Origin: a virus
Lineage: Duplodnaviria; Caudoviricetes
Length of the DNA: 64,000 bases
Direction: 5' to 3' (one strand)
IMG/VR virus record: IMGVR_UViG_2884622180_000001
Location: 3,013 to 67,012 of that record
Position 1 is the stretch's first letter. Every line of letters begins with the position of its first letter. The position numbers were made by a program, and so were the translations under genes. Positions 30,964 through 40,764 of this stretch are shown in pieces. Below the pieces are notes generated by a model. That model ran no database searches. It saw only the letters and a program-made list of their open reading frames with translations, and was not told the origin of the DNA.

Positions 30964-32015
30964 GGCGAGTCGATTTTTTTCAGGTAAGACATTCCGAGGC
31001 TTTGGTCGATGCTGCGCGCGGCGCAGAACTCCCCGTAGGCATGGCGCAGGCGCGCGCTGTCGTATTTTTCCAGCACGTCCTCTTCGGGAGCCTGCACCTG
31101 CGGGGCATCTTGTACAAGGACCTCGACTTTTCCGGCTCCGGCTTCGAGCAGACGCCGTTTGTCCACCGTATCGGTCGCCGAAGCCGCGACGCGCACCCGG
31201 ATGCGACAGCGCCCCTCGTCGCGCAGCTCGTCGATGCGGTCGAACAGCGGGACGTCCACCTCGGCGGCCGTGACGTCAAGGGTACGGTAGCGTTGGTTGG
31301 CGCGGTTGCGGACGAACTCCGTAGAGCCGTCCGCACAGAGGATCGTATAGCCCTTCTCTTCGTCCTCGCCGAAGTTGAACTGCCGCGAGGAGCCGATATA
31401 CTCGATACGTGTTCCGGCAACCTTCGCCCGGTTGTGGTAGTGCCCGGCAAAGACGCGGTCGAAAGGCTCGAAGATGTGCGCCGGAAGCTCCTGCGGCGCG
31501 GGGGTCGCAAGGGCGCCGTTTATGCCCTCGTGGATGTAGAGGTAGTTGAGCTTGCCTGTCGCGAGCCCTCCGGCGACGAGGGCCTGCAGGCGTGCGGTAA
31601 AGCTGCCGTCTTCGGGGAAGTAGCTCATCATGTGCAGCGCGAAGGCCCACGCAGGGTCGTCGAGCGTCAGAATGTCGTCCACGACCGCAACCGAGGGATG
31701 CTGGTCGAAGACGTGGCAGTAGCCGCGTATGGCTTCCTGATCCACCTTGCAGTGGTTGCCCTCGGCCAGCGTGATGGTCATGCCTGACCGGGCTACATCC
31801 AGTAAAGCATCGTGAACAGCCAATAATACATCCAATGTTTGTGCATGGCGATTTTGGAACAGGTCGCCACCTAATGCAATGTTTTTTATTCCATAACGGC
31901 GACAAATAGCCAGAGCCTCACTCCAATTTTTTTGAAATTCAACGATTTCATTTCTAGATACATGAATGTCGTTAAAAAGAAGCAAACAGGGCTTCGGTGT
32001 ATTTTGCATATTCAT
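30951..32015 (-). CDS. sbcD: SbcD/Mre11-like metallophosphoesterase nuclease
   Basis: NDIH, GGDLF, EGNH, IHEG, FAGHYH motifs. Confidence 0.9.
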   Translation of the reverse strand: MNMQNTPKPCLLLFNDIHVSRNEIVEFQKNWSEALAICRRYGIKNIALGGDLFQNRHAQTLDVLLAVHDALLDVARSGMTITLAEGNHCKVDQEAIRGYCHVFDQHPSVAVVDDILTLDDPAWAFALHMMSYFPEDGSFTARLQALVAGGLATGKLNYLYIHEGINGALATPAPQELPAHIFEPFDRVFAGHYHNRAKVAGTRIEYIGSSRQFNFGEDEEKGYTILCADGSTEFVRNRANQRYRTLDVTAAEVDVPLFDRIDELRDEGRCRIRVRVAASATDTVDKRRLLEAGAGKVEVLVQDAPQVQAPEEDVLEKYDSARLRHAYGEFCAARSIDQSLGMSYLKKIDSPCGI

Positions 32016-32599
32016 TAGTCCGTAATTTCAACTGTATAATTGATTAGTGCATCGTATACACGAGGCGAAATGTCCCCTTTGTATTTTTCCGCAACTTCCC
32101 TGATGTGTAACTCTTTTGCTTTTTTGTAAGCATAAAACGCCTCTTCTACGGTATGATACCGACCGAGATTATGAGTTTTTCCGTAGCAGTGCATAGTTGC
32201 CTTATATGTTTTTCGTTTGGATTCGTAAACTACTCCGATCGGAGTATTACCCCGATGTATATAGCGTTTAACAAGCATTTTGTTAATTTCTGGAGGAACA
32301 TAAGCGCAGCGCTCGGGAGAATAAATCCTATTCTTTTTTACCAAAAGATCTTTATCTAAATGCCACCCATTTTTGCGATAGTGATCACCGTAATAGAACT
32401 CAGCAAAATTTTGAAAGTTCTTCCATTCTTCACATACGATACAGTCTTGATATGACTTATATTTATTAGCGTGGTTATAACATCGCTCCAGTATGTTAAA
32501 CCACGACTTATAAGCGAAACTATTTGTGACCGTATCATATTTACCAAAACCCAATGTGCCGACACCATATATCAGTCCATCTTTTCTTGTAAACCTCAT
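32015..32599 (-). CDS. Free-standing HNH-type homing endonuclease with C-terminal AP2-like domain
   Basis: SWFNILERCY, CEEWKNFQNF, LDKDLL...YSPERC...IN, then GV..KRKTYKA...NLGRYHTVEEAFYAY; AT-rich; TAATG overlap with sbcD. Confidence 0.75.
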   Translation of the reverse strand: MRFTRKDGLIYGVGTLGFGKYDTVTNSFAYKSWFNILERCYNHANKYKSYQDCIVCEEWKNFQNFAEFYYGDHYRKNGWHLDKDLLVKKNRIYSPERCAYVPPEINKMLVKRYIHRGNTPIGVVYESKRKTYKATMHCYGKTHNLGRYHTVEEAFYAYKKAKELHIREVAEKYKGDISPRVYDALINYTVEITD

Positions 32600-32614
32600 A
32601 ACAGTCTAAGGGAT

Positions 32615-32640
32615 AAAAAAGGGAGCGCAGGGACGCTCCC
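32615..32640 (-). terminator. Intrinsic terminator-like hairpin
   Basis: GGGAGCG-tccctg-CGCTCCC-TTTTTT on the minus strand. Confidence 0.7.
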
Positions 32641-32662
32641 GATAAAACATAGATGATGACCG

Positions 32663-33919
32663 CTAACGCCTGCGGCGTAAGGGTTGCTCGCTCTCGTCCT
32701 GCTCCCCGGCAGCCGTGCCGGGCTCCTCTTCGTCCGGAGTCGGTTCGTCGTCTCTGATGGAACGGTCTCCCAGCGCGTCCTCGATCATGTCGAGCAGTTC
32801 GTCGTTGGTTGTAGAGCGCGTGACGCGCACCGGAAGTTTCTCCTGTTCGATGAACGAGCGGATCGCGGCCCGCAGCTCCTGACCCTCTTCGGTCCTGTCG
32901 CCCAAGCCCTGCGCCTTGAGCTCCTCGAAGCGGCTGCACAGCGACTCGATGGTAAGGGCATTGCTGTCGGCATTCTCGCGCGCCTCTTTCGAGCGCTTGT
33001 CGAAGCTGAACGACGAGGTGTCCTGCGTGGGAATTTCGGCACGGAAGGTCTCGATGGCCGATGTCATCTCCCCGCTCCGCATGACCTGCAGACCATAGCG
33101 CGCGTCGCACTGCGAGAGAAACTCCAGCGTCGCCTCGAAGTGGTAGCGCGTATAGCGGCACACCACCTCTGGGATACGGGGCGTATTGACTAAAAGGGTC
33201 ATCTCCTCGCGCGTCAGCGCCTCGGGATCAGACTCGTTGTCGATGGAGATGTAATACTCGGTCTTGCCCCCGTTCTTGCGCTTCTCGACCTCCACGGGAT
33301 AGGCGTTGTAGACCGAGGAAATGGGGCACGGATGCTGGGGGTTCTTGGCGATCTTCTTCTCCCAGAGCTTGAACTTGCGCTCGTCCAGTTCCTTGAACTG
33401 GGAGTGCGAGAGCGTCAGAAGCTGGATGCCCTTGGCGCGCTCGCGAAGGTCGATCACGTACATGGCGTGGCCGTAGGTGAATTTAAGGCCGCCGCCGAAC
33501 GATCCGCCGCCGATCTTCTCGGCGAGCTTTTCGTCCCCGGCCTCCTTGGCCGCCTCGACGGCCAGCAGACGGTAGGTGTCGATGAGATCCAGCGAGTAGC
33601 CGGCGTCCGTGGCGCGGGGTACGGTGACATACATGCTCTGGGGCTTGTCGCCCGGGCGGGCGAGCTCCATCAGCAACTGCCGCACGGGGTACTCGTAACC
33701 GCGGCGGCAGGCGGCGTCCTCCTGTGCGCCCGGCGCGATGGGGAGGATACGGATGCGGTAGGTTCCTAACTTGTCGAAGCGGAAGAACTCCGTGCGTACG
33801 AACGAGCGGTTCTCCTCGATGGCGCGGGCCTGCGCCTCGGCATACGACTCCTGAAGGCCCAGAAACAGCTCTTCCACGGAGCCTTCCCCTACGCCCTTTT
33901 CTTGAAAATTGTCCTGCAT
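32663..33919 (-). CDS. Putative ssDNA-binding/recombination protein (gp32-like)
   Basis: GTYRIRILP motif, acidic C-terminal tail, located beside sbcCD. Confidence 0.45.
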   Translation of the reverse strand: MQDNFQEKGVGEGSVEELFLGLQESYAEAQARAIEENRSFVRTEFFRFDKLGTYRIRILPIAPGAQEDAACRRGYEYPVRQLLMELARPGDKPQSMYVTVPRATDAGYSLDLIDTYRLLAVEAAKEAGDEKLAEKIGGGSFGGGLKFTYGHAMYVIDLRERAKGIQLLTLSHSQFKELDERKFKLWEKKIAKNPQHPCPISSVYNAYPVEVEKRKNGGKTEYYISIDNESDPEALTREEMTLLVNTPRIPEVVCRYTRYHFEATLEFLSQCDARYGLQVMRSGEMTSAIETFRAEIPTQDTSSFSFDKRSKEARENADSNALTIESLCSRFEELKAQGLGDRTEEGQELRAAIRSFIEQEKLPVRVTRSTTNDELLDMIEDALGDRSIRDDEPTPDEEEPGTAAGEQDESEQPLRRRR

Positions 33920-34238
33920 AACGATGCTTGATGATAGTTGATACTGCCGAACGACCTAAAGATTCTTGCTCCGGGTTCGGATACGCCGGGAACCGTCAGA
34001 TTTATGGGATATGGCGAGAAAAAAACCGGTGCGCGAAGGCTCCCGGCTCGAACTATCACTCTTATGCCCGAACGGGCAGAGCATCAAATTGACTGCGGCG
34101 AAGACAAGGCCGCAAGAACAAAGGTATGCGGACCGTATCTCAAATCCAAATATCCGCCAATTAGTTTTCCATAAATTATTTCAACTTACTGGCATAGGCG
34201 GATATGGCCTGCGGTTTTTAAGGACGCTTTTTGTCCGC

Positions 34239-34700
34239 TCAGGGTTCTTCCGCCTCGAAGCCCCGCTGCCGCAGCTCGATCTCGTCCCAGTGGGAGAGGA
34301 TATACTCCTCCAGCCGTTTTTCCCGCAGCCGCTCGTAGTAGCGCGCCCTTTCAGGGGTGAGCTTCTTGCCGCGACGGCAGTAGACCCCGTCGCGGGCGTA
34401 CTCGTCCATGTAGCGGCGGAACTTGGGCTTGCGGAAGGCAGGATCCGGGGAGGCCGCGCAGACAGCCTCCACCAGCTCCGGATAGGGACACTGCCGCCGC
34501 GAGGGCGGCGAGAGCCGCATGACCAGATCGTAGACCACAGGGGTCTCGTAACGGAGCATGAAGCCCAGACGCGTCTCGACGAAGGGAAAGCGTTTAAGGC
34601 TTCCCTCCGGCCGTCCCCCGCGGTCTTTTACTCCGGGCAGGCGCAGCCGCTTCACTTTCCGGCTGCGGTAGCCGCTCCGGCGGTGTTTCTGTTTGCTCAT
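34239..34700 (-). CDS. Basic hypothetical protein (153 aa)
   Basis: Arg/Lys-rich ORF in the minus-strand operon. Confidence 0.6.
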   Translation of the reverse strand: MSKQKHRRSGYRSRKVKRLRLPGVKDRGGRPEGSLKRFPFVETRLGFMLRYETPVVYDLVMRLSPPSRRQCPYPELVEAVCAASPDPAFRKPKFRRYMDEYARDGVYCRRGKKLTPERARYYERLREKRLEEYILSHWDEIELRQRGFEAEEP

Positions 34701-34814
34701 CTTTGTTCGGTTTTTCTACGGGTCTTGCCGCACGGGGTGCGGCGCCGCTGCGCCGGGCGATATGTCGGCGGCTCTCCACATCACGCATGATGTTCACTCT
34801 CTTTTTCATGTTTG

Positions 34815-37373
34815 TCAGGTCATATAGGAAAAACTCAGTTCTGTGGTTACGTTATACGTGCCGCGCTCGTGCATGAGGATCGTGCGCGAGCCGGCGCGGA
34901 TGATGAACGAGCAGCCGCGGTTGTACTTGTGGTCGTCGTTGAAGTCGGCCATCGTCTGGCGGCACCCGAAGCGCGGGGCGCCGATGGCGTTGGGGATCGT
35001 GGCGATCGAGCCCCATGTGTTCGACTCCCGGCGGGCCGTGTTGATCGTGCCCTGCACGCAGACGATGCTGCCGATCTGCCGGGCCCAGAGCGTTCCTGCA
35101 TTTTCGCCTCCGCAGGCAAGCCATCCCGTATCCGTGATCTTCTTCTCGTACTCCTCGGCGAAGGCGGCCCCGATATGCTGGCAGGCCAGACGCCGGGCGT
35201 TGTCGTCCTTGAGCGCGAGGTCCGCGAGGTTCCGGTCGCAACGGACATAGGCCGAAAGGTCATCCATACCCGCTGCGGCGAGCGCCTCGCGCAGCGCCTT
35301 ACGCGCCTCGGAGGTGCTTTTGCCCTGACGTACGAGGTACGCAATGTAGTCGCTGAAGCTTTGTGCGAGGGCCGCGAATCTTCCGTCGGCCTCCGTCTTG
35401 GTATAGAGGCCCAGATTGGCTGCTATGCTCGTTCGATCTTGGGTGCTGTAACCGCCCATAAGTTTCGGGGCGTATTTCGCAAGCTCGCGCACCACGGCCG
35501 AGGTCATCACGTACCCTTCGGTCTGCGTCTGATCGACGCCCTCGGCGTTTTTCCCCGCGAACGTACCCGTTCGGATCGCTTCGAGCTTCGTTCGGTGCTC
35601 CTCGGTAAAGAGCGCCCCGGTATAGGCTCCGTCCATACCGAGCTTTCCGGAGAGCAGTTTGTCCACCTCTTCGACGGAATAGACTTCGATATTCTGCCGG
35701 GCGCGGGCTTTGTCCGTAAGGTCCGCAAGGTTCGAGGCTTTGGCGAGCTTCTCTTCGCCAGTGCCTTTCTTTTCGGCGCCGATATTCTCGCGCGCCGCAG
35801 CGCGCCGCTCCTCCTGCAGGGCGATGATCTCTTCGGGGCTCTTGCCCTCGATCTCCGAGGCCGTAAGCTCCGTCATATCCGCGAGGTATTTCGACGTGTT
35901 CAGAAAGCGGCTGTCCGACTCCGTCCGGGAATAGACCTCCAATACGCTGCGGGCCTCGGCCTTATCCGCAAGGTCCGCCAGATTGTCCGTACAGCTGAGT
36001 TTGCCGCCCAACGCACGGGAGACGTCCTCCGCCGTCACGAACCCCGCCGAGCCCGACAGGAGGCTGCCCTGCGTGATGGCATCCAGTTTTTTGCGGTATG
36101 TCGTAGTGAAATCTTCCGTGCTGAGGCCCTTGCCCGCCTCTTTGTCCACTTTTCCGGCCAGTCCTTCGGCAAAGGCCGTGAGCGTGGTGTAGATCTCGCC
36201 GACGGGCTTTCCCGCAAGGCGCAGTTCGCAGGCGATATCCACGTAGCTGCGCGCGGAGATAACCACGCCGCCCAAATCGTTATGGAGCGTCCAGTCGAGG
36301 CTCTCGGAATCGGCATAGCCGAGCCATGCGATCCTCTCGGCATTCTTATCCTGCCATTGCACGAGGCCCGTGAACGCCGCCTCATCCTTGCCGTAAGCCG
36401 TGTTACGCAGCGTGACGCCTGCCGTGCCCTCGACCTCGAAAGCCCCCTCGACGGCTACGCGGCCGCTGCGCCCCTCCACATGCAGCAGGGCTTTGCCGCG
36501 CCCGTCGTAGACCGTAAAGTCGCGGTAGCGGTCCGAGCCCCCTAAGTAACCCGTGCGGTTTACGGCAACGGCCCCCTCGTCCGTATCGTCCGCCGCATTG
36601 AAAATATCGTTCTTTTCAATATGCAGGGCCCCGATGCGGGCGCTGTCGGAGGTGAAGTGCCGGGTCCGCACGCCGTCGGCGCCGATCGTCACAAGGGGCG
36701 TATCCTGACGGTAGAGCGTGAACGAGCCGTCCGTCGAGATCTCGATGCGGCTCACGAGCAGTCCCCCGTGGTAAAGTCCTACGGCGGCATCGCCCGACTC
36801 TTCGACAAGCCCCCGCAGCGTATAGCCGCCCTCTGCATTTACCACCGAAAATCCCGTCTTGCATTCGAGCAGTCCCCCGATGCTCACGGCGCCTGTGAGC
36901 GTCAGGTCCCTGCGTACGGTCTGCCGGGCGAAGGGGCTGTCGAGCAGCACGGCATAGCGGCCGATGAACTTGTCGATAAAGCGCGGGGCGTAATCCTCGC
37001 GCACTTCGATATAGCCGGGCAGCGCGCCCGTCACTTCGTCCTCGCTCTGCGGTACCGACGTTCCACCCGAAGTGAGATAGCAGCAGCGGCCCTGCTTGTC
37101 CACGTCCCCGGCGTAGGCGATCGTCTCGTAGTGGTTCTTTTCGTAGATGTAATACGGGAACGATACCTCGGCAGCGCCCTCGAAGGGGCGTACGCGGCCG
37201 CCGATCCACACGTAGCCGGGCGTGATGCGGCCGCCGCTGACCTCGCAGCCCGAGATGATGAAGTTGGAACACCCCTCGAAGATCGCCGTCATGCTCCGGG
37301 CAAGATCCTGAAGGTTCAGCAGGTCGTCGTTGTAGGTGTAGCGCCCGCCCGTTTTGGCTATATACTCTTTCAC
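34815..37373 (-). CDS. Tail fibre-like protein (852 aa, GTG start)
   Basis: Follows baseplate wedge genes; repeated NLADL.DKA.AR..(L/I)EVYS motifs typical of fibre shafts. Confidence 0.65.
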   Translation of the reverse strand: MKEYIAKTGGRYTYNDDLLNLQDLARSMTAIFEGCSNFIISGCEVSGGRITPGYVWIGGRVRPFEGAAEVSFPYYIYEKNHYETIAYAGDVDKQGRCCYLTSGGTSVPQSEDEVTGALPGYIEVREDYAPRFIDKFIGRYAVLLDSPFARQTVRRDLTLTGAVSIGGLLECKTGFSVVNAEGGYTLRGLVEESGDAAVGLYHGGLLVSRIEISTDGSFTLYRQDTPLVTIGADGVRTRHFTSDSARIGALHIEKNDIFNAADDTDEGAVAVNRTGYLGGSDRYRDFTVYDGRGKALLHVEGRSGRVAVEGAFEVEGTAGVTLRNTAYGKDEAAFTGLVQWQDKNAERIAWLGYADSESLDWTLHNDLGGVVISARSYVDIACELRLAGKPVGEIYTTLTAFAEGLAGKVDKEAGKGLSTEDFTTTYRKKLDAITQGSLLSGSAGFVTAEDVSRALGGKLSCTDNLADLADKAEARSVLEVYSRTESDSRFLNTSKYLADMTELTASEIEGKSPEEIIALQEERRAAARENIGAEKKGTGEEKLAKASNLADLTDKARARQNIEVYSVEEVDKLLSGKLGMDGAYTGALFTEEHRTKLEAIRTGTFAGKNAEGVDQTQTEGYVMTSAVVRELAKYAPKLMGGYSTQDRTSIAANLGLYTKTEADGRFAALAQSFSDYIAYLVRQGKSTSEARKALREALAAAGMDDLSAYVRCDRNLADLALKDDNARRLACQHIGAAFAEEYEKKITDTGWLACGGENAGTLWARQIGSIVCVQGTINTARRESNTWGSIATIPNAIGAPRFGCRQTMADFNDDHKYNRGCSFIIRAGSRTILMHERGTYNVTTELSFSYMT

Positions 37374-37375
37374 TG

Positions 37376-37933
37376 CTATTGTCTTTCTTGGTTTGTCGCT
37401 TTGCTTTCGATGCGGACGAGGTAGGTGCGTCCGGCCAGCCGGTAGCGTTCCACCTCGTGCGCGATCATGTGTACGAACTGCTCGTCGGGAATCGTAATCT
37501 CCGGCACGCAGACCGTGAAGCTGGCCTGCTGCTGCGCCTTCTCCTCGGCCTGCAGGAACATCCGCCGGGGCTGCTCCTCGTCCGTACCCGCCGGAACCTC
37601 GCCCTCGAACCATACCGTAAAGGGGCGTCCGTACTGCGCGTTCTCATGGTAGAGATCCACGCCGGCCGAAGCCCCCTCGGAGATCGAGATGCGCTGCGAG
37701 GGATCGCGCAGCCACCGCCCGAAGCGGCGGTTCAGATACCACTCGAAGTAGAGCGTCTGACTGGTCATCGCAGCCTCGATACGCCGCTCGCGGGCCCAGT
37801 CGCAGAAGCGGTCGTTCAAGGTCTGCAAGGGCCACACGAGACTCTGCATCCAGAGGATGAACCGCCGCCCCGACAAGTAATGCGGGACAAGGCAGTTCAC
37901 AAGACGGTCTATGGGAAGACGGTAGCGCATCAT
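37376..37933 (-). CDS. Baseplate wedge protein (gpI-like)
   Basis: Located between baseplate J and the fibre; LVPHYL...L.WYLN..F pattern. Confidence 0.55.
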   Translation of the reverse strand: MMRYRLPIDRLVNCLVPHYLSGRRFILWMQSLVWPLQTLNDRFCDWARERRIEAAMTSQTLYFEWYLNRRFGRWLRDPSQRISISEGASAGVDLYHENAQYGRPFTVWFEGEVPAGTDEEQPRRMFLQAEEKAQQQASFTVCVPEITIPDEQFVHMIAHEVERYRLAGRTYLVRIESKATNQERQ

Positions 37934-38814
37934 CGGTCGATTACGAGTTTCAGGGCCTCGCGGAAGTTCGGAAGGTCGGCTTCGGCGCCCTCGCCCGAGG
38001 ACTGCCGCACATAGCCCGAAGAAGTATAGGCCACGCGCTCGATGCGTCGGGCGGGCTGCAAGTTTCCGTCGCCATCGTACGAGGCGAGAAATATGCCCTG
38101 CGCAGGCGTGGCCGCAGAGTCGATCCACACGTCCGTAACGTGCTCCACCGAGCGGATCGCCTCCCATACGCGGCTGACGTAGACCCCGGCGTCGAAGTCG
38201 ATCTCCATCACATAACGGTTCAGCCGCTCTTCGATGGCGTCGTACACCTCCGATTCGGGAACGGCGCCGTCCCAGTAGACCGTGACGCGGGGGATCAGCA
38301 CATCGCCCTTGCGGCTGATCACCTCGATGCGCGTGCCGGCGAACTTGAGCTGATTGATATAAGCCGCAATAAGCGTCAGCTCCTCGGCATCGATCTCGCG
38401 AAGTGCGCCCCGCTCGCCCGTAGCCACCTTGAGGATCAGCTTGCTGTCTACGTTTTTATCGTCCGTACTCTCGACATAGGAGACCTGCGTGATGATACGC
38501 TTGCTGGGATCGATACTGGCATAACCGAAGGCCAGCCCGTCCTCGCGCACAACGAGACGGTCGCCCTTCTGGTAGTTGAGAAGCGCATCGGCGTAATAGC
38601 GCGGCGTGCCGTTGATGCGACTCGAGAGCGTTTCGGAGACGTCCACGGCGAAGACGTCGAGGATCGACTCGAAGGTATAGATCAGCGCCGCCGTCATCCA
38701 CGCCACGCCGTTGAGCACCGACATCTTCGAGTCGTTCGAAAACTCGGTAAGCTCCAGACGCCGGTTACGCTCGGCGATCGCTTCCTGATAGATCTCTTTG
38801 AGGGTTCGGCTCAT
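37930..38814 (-). CDS. Baseplate J-like protein
   Basis: GTPRYYADALLNYQ, LILKVA, QLKFAGTRIEV, VEHVTDV; synteny. Confidence 0.65.
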   Translation of the reverse strand: MSRTLKEIYQEAIAERNRRLELTEFSNDSKMSVLNGVAWMTAALIYTFESILDVFAVDVSETLSSRINGTPRYYADALLNYQKGDRLVVREDGLAFGYASIDPSKRIITQVSYVESTDDKNVDSKLILKVATGERGALREIDAEELTLIAAYINQLKFAGTRIEVISRKGDVLIPRVTVYWDGAVPESEVYDAIEERLNRYVMEIDFDAGVYVSRVWEAIRSVEHVTDVWIDSAATPAQGIFLASYDGDGNLQPARRIERVAYTSSGYVRQSSGEGAEADLPNFREALKLVIDR

Positions 38815-38833
38815 CGTTCGTTTGTTTCAAGAT

Positions 38834-39904
38834 TCAATTATTCATACCGCCGGAATGCCATGGCGGCGTCGGATCGGGATCAGGTTCTGGTTCTGGTTCG
38901 GGTTCCGGCTCAGGTTCCGGTTCCGGTTCTGGCTCAGGGTCTGGTTCCGGGTCGGGTTCCGGCAGCGGCGCGACGGGTTCGTACTCGTACAGCACCCCGT
39001 CCACGAAAAAGCGCCACGGCCCCCCTTCGTTCCATGCCTCTTCATGTGTCAACAGCCACACGGCCTCCATGCCGCAGGTAAGCACATAGTTCAGATCCCC
39101 GTCCCGCACCGGCTCGCGGTACTCGCCCGACGGCCTCCCCGGCAGCAGCACCTCGCAGGCACGGCGTCCGTAGTGCTCCTCCACAAGGGCGATCAGCCAC
39201 CCGTCGAGTGCCTGTCGCGGGACGTCCATGTCCGTCATGTCGAGGCGCATCAGGGAGCGGCACTCCACCAATGGATGCAGGTCTTCGGCTTTCGCACCCC
39301 GCAGGTCCAAAGCGTACAATCCTTCCACAAGGGGCAGGAACTCCAGCGGTGCATGGCAATTCCGAAAGGTCAGTTCCTCGATGTGCAGCGGAGAGAAGAG
39401 CCGCACGGTATCGGGTGCGAGGCCCGTAAGATCGGCCGCCTGCAACACGAAGTCGCCGTACAGACGCACCGTGCGTCTTCCGGAGATCATACTGTCGAAC
39501 GAATGCGCCAGCGCCGAGGGCCGATCCGTAAGCATGACGGCCTGCAGGGCGGAGTTGTCGCCCCAGTCGATCTCTATCGTCCCGCTGCCCGCAAGGGACA
39601 GGGAGGCCGAGACCGCTGCGGCCGGCAGGCAGAACTCCGCGCGGCGCGCGAGCCCGGTTTCCTTAAAATAGACATGCCGCTCCCCGCCTGCGGGCGTGAT
39701 GCCCTCGCGGTGCAGGTAGGCCACGGTATCGGCGTCGATCAGGTAGTCGTCCGAATAATCCAATACATCGCCGGAATGTAAACGCGCAGCCATCGAGAGC
39801 TGAGGGTTGCAGATCAGAAGATCCGTGATCCCCTCGATCGACCCGTAGATGCCGAGCGCCACGTCGTAGAGGTTTTGTCCCGTTATGACTGTATATTTAC
39901 CCAT
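38834..39904 (-). CDS. LysM/gpX-like baseplate protein with C-terminal extension and (PE/PD)n tract
   Basis: YTVITGQNLYDVALGIYGSIEG...LL..NP is a LysM-like start. Confidence 0.6.
   Translation of the reverse strand: MGKYTVITGQNLYDVALGIYGSIEGITDLLICNPQLSMAARLHSGDVLDYSDDYLIDADTVAYLHREGITPAGGERHVYFKETGLARRAEFCLPAAAVSASLSLAGSGTIEIDWGDNSALQAVMLTDRPSALAHSFDSMISGRRTVRLYGDFVLQAADLTGLAPDTVRLFSPLHIEELTFRNCHAPLEFLPLVEGLYALDLRGAKAEDLHPLVECRSLMRLDMTDMDVPRQALDGWLIALVEEHYGRRACEVLLPGRPSGEYREPVRDGDLNYVLTCGMEAVWLLTHEEAWNEGGPWRFFVDGVLYEYEPVAPLPEPDPEPDPEPEPEPEPEPEPEPEPEPDPDPTPPWHSGGMNN
38866..38965 (-). repeat. Pro-Glu/Asp dipeptide tandem repeat
   Basis: PLPEPDPEPDPEPEPEPEPEPEPEPEPEPDPDPTP, encoded by degenerate 6-bp units. 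Confidence 0.9.
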
Positions 39905-40577
39905 CTTTTTCGGTTACGTCGAGCAGCAGTTCGCCCGTCTCGGAGTTCATGAATGCGTCGTTGATCGTCATGCGGTCGTTCTCGAACTCGGACTGCAGCC
40001 GCGCGGCAAGGCCCGTGTTCTCGAAATTTCCGTGCAGGAAATCGACGAGGCCCACACCCGTTGTCGGGTGCTGGTAGAGCGTCCCTGCGGCGGCTTTCAG
40101 CAGAAAGACCTCGTTCTGGCGCAGGGCCGCGCCGATGGGAAGGTCGGTGTCCGTGCCGCCGTAAAGGTGCAGCTCCCCGCCGCAGCGCACCAGACGGAAC
40201 AGGCCCTCCGCATCCGCCGTCCCGAACTCCGAGAGACGGATCGGGCCACCGGTACGGTCGCGCACCGTGAACCAGACCGTATTGTCGGCAGGATTTATCA
40301 GGCAGTGCTCGCCGCCTACGGAGGTCGTGACCCGGAAGCGCACCTTCAGCTCCCGATACACGGCCGTATAGGGTATCCGCACATGAAGACTTTCGACCTG
40401 CGCGAAACGCTCTCCGAAGCGTTCCGGCACGGCAATCTGTCCGTACGCATAACGCTCGTTATCCAACCCTTCCATACGGCCCAGCAGCATGAAGTCGTAG
40501 ACGGTTCGGCCTACTGGGTTATCCACCGTCTGCAGCTCGCCGTAGTCGGTATCGATGAGTATGTCCTGCCGTGCCAT
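39897..40577 (-). CDS. gp25/GPW-like baseplate protein (sheath initiator) with insertion
   Basis: MARQDILID...QNEVFLLKA..G.LYQHPTTGVG...LQSEF pattern. Confidence 0.55.
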   Translation of the reverse strand: MARQDILIDTDYGELQTVDNPVGRTVYDFMLLGRMEGLDNERYAYGQIAVPERFGERFAQVESLHVRIPYTAVYRELKVRFRVTTSVGGEHCLINPADNTVWFTVRDRTGGPIRLSEFGTADAEGLFRLVRCGGELHLYGGTDTDLPIGAALRQNEVFLLKAAAGTLYQHPTTGVGLVDFLHGNFENTGLAARLQSEFENDRMTINDAFMNSETGELLLDVTEKDG

Positions 40578-40606
40578 ATCCGCCGTCGTAGAGATTCTCG
40601 TCGCTA

Positions 40607-40615
40607 AAGGATAGG
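40607..40615 (-). promoter_or_regulatory. Candidate phage promoter motif CCTATCCTT
   Basis: About 30 nt upstream of the baseplate operon start at 40577. Confidence 0.45.
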
Positions 40616-40725
40616 CCGCCCCATGGGCGAGGGTTTACCCTTCGGACGTGCAGCGGTGCGAGGAATTCTACTCACGGGGAGGAAGTGTTTCTTCGCAAAT
40701 TATTGTTATCATGAGGAGAATTTAA

Positions 40726-40733
40726 TACCTTTG
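40726..40733 (+). promoter_or_regulatory. sigmaA -7 box TACCTTTG for the Fic/pAgo cargo
   Basis: TAnnTTTG about 30 nt upstream of ATG 40765. Confidence 0.55.
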
Positions 40734-40764
40734 TGAGGAGAAAAACAGATAAATCAATCTATAT

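Noticed and set aside
34594-34809. 71-aa ORF between the fibre and the 153-aa gene
   Set aside because: Overlaps the next gene by over 100 nt and has no motifs; uncertain whether it is real
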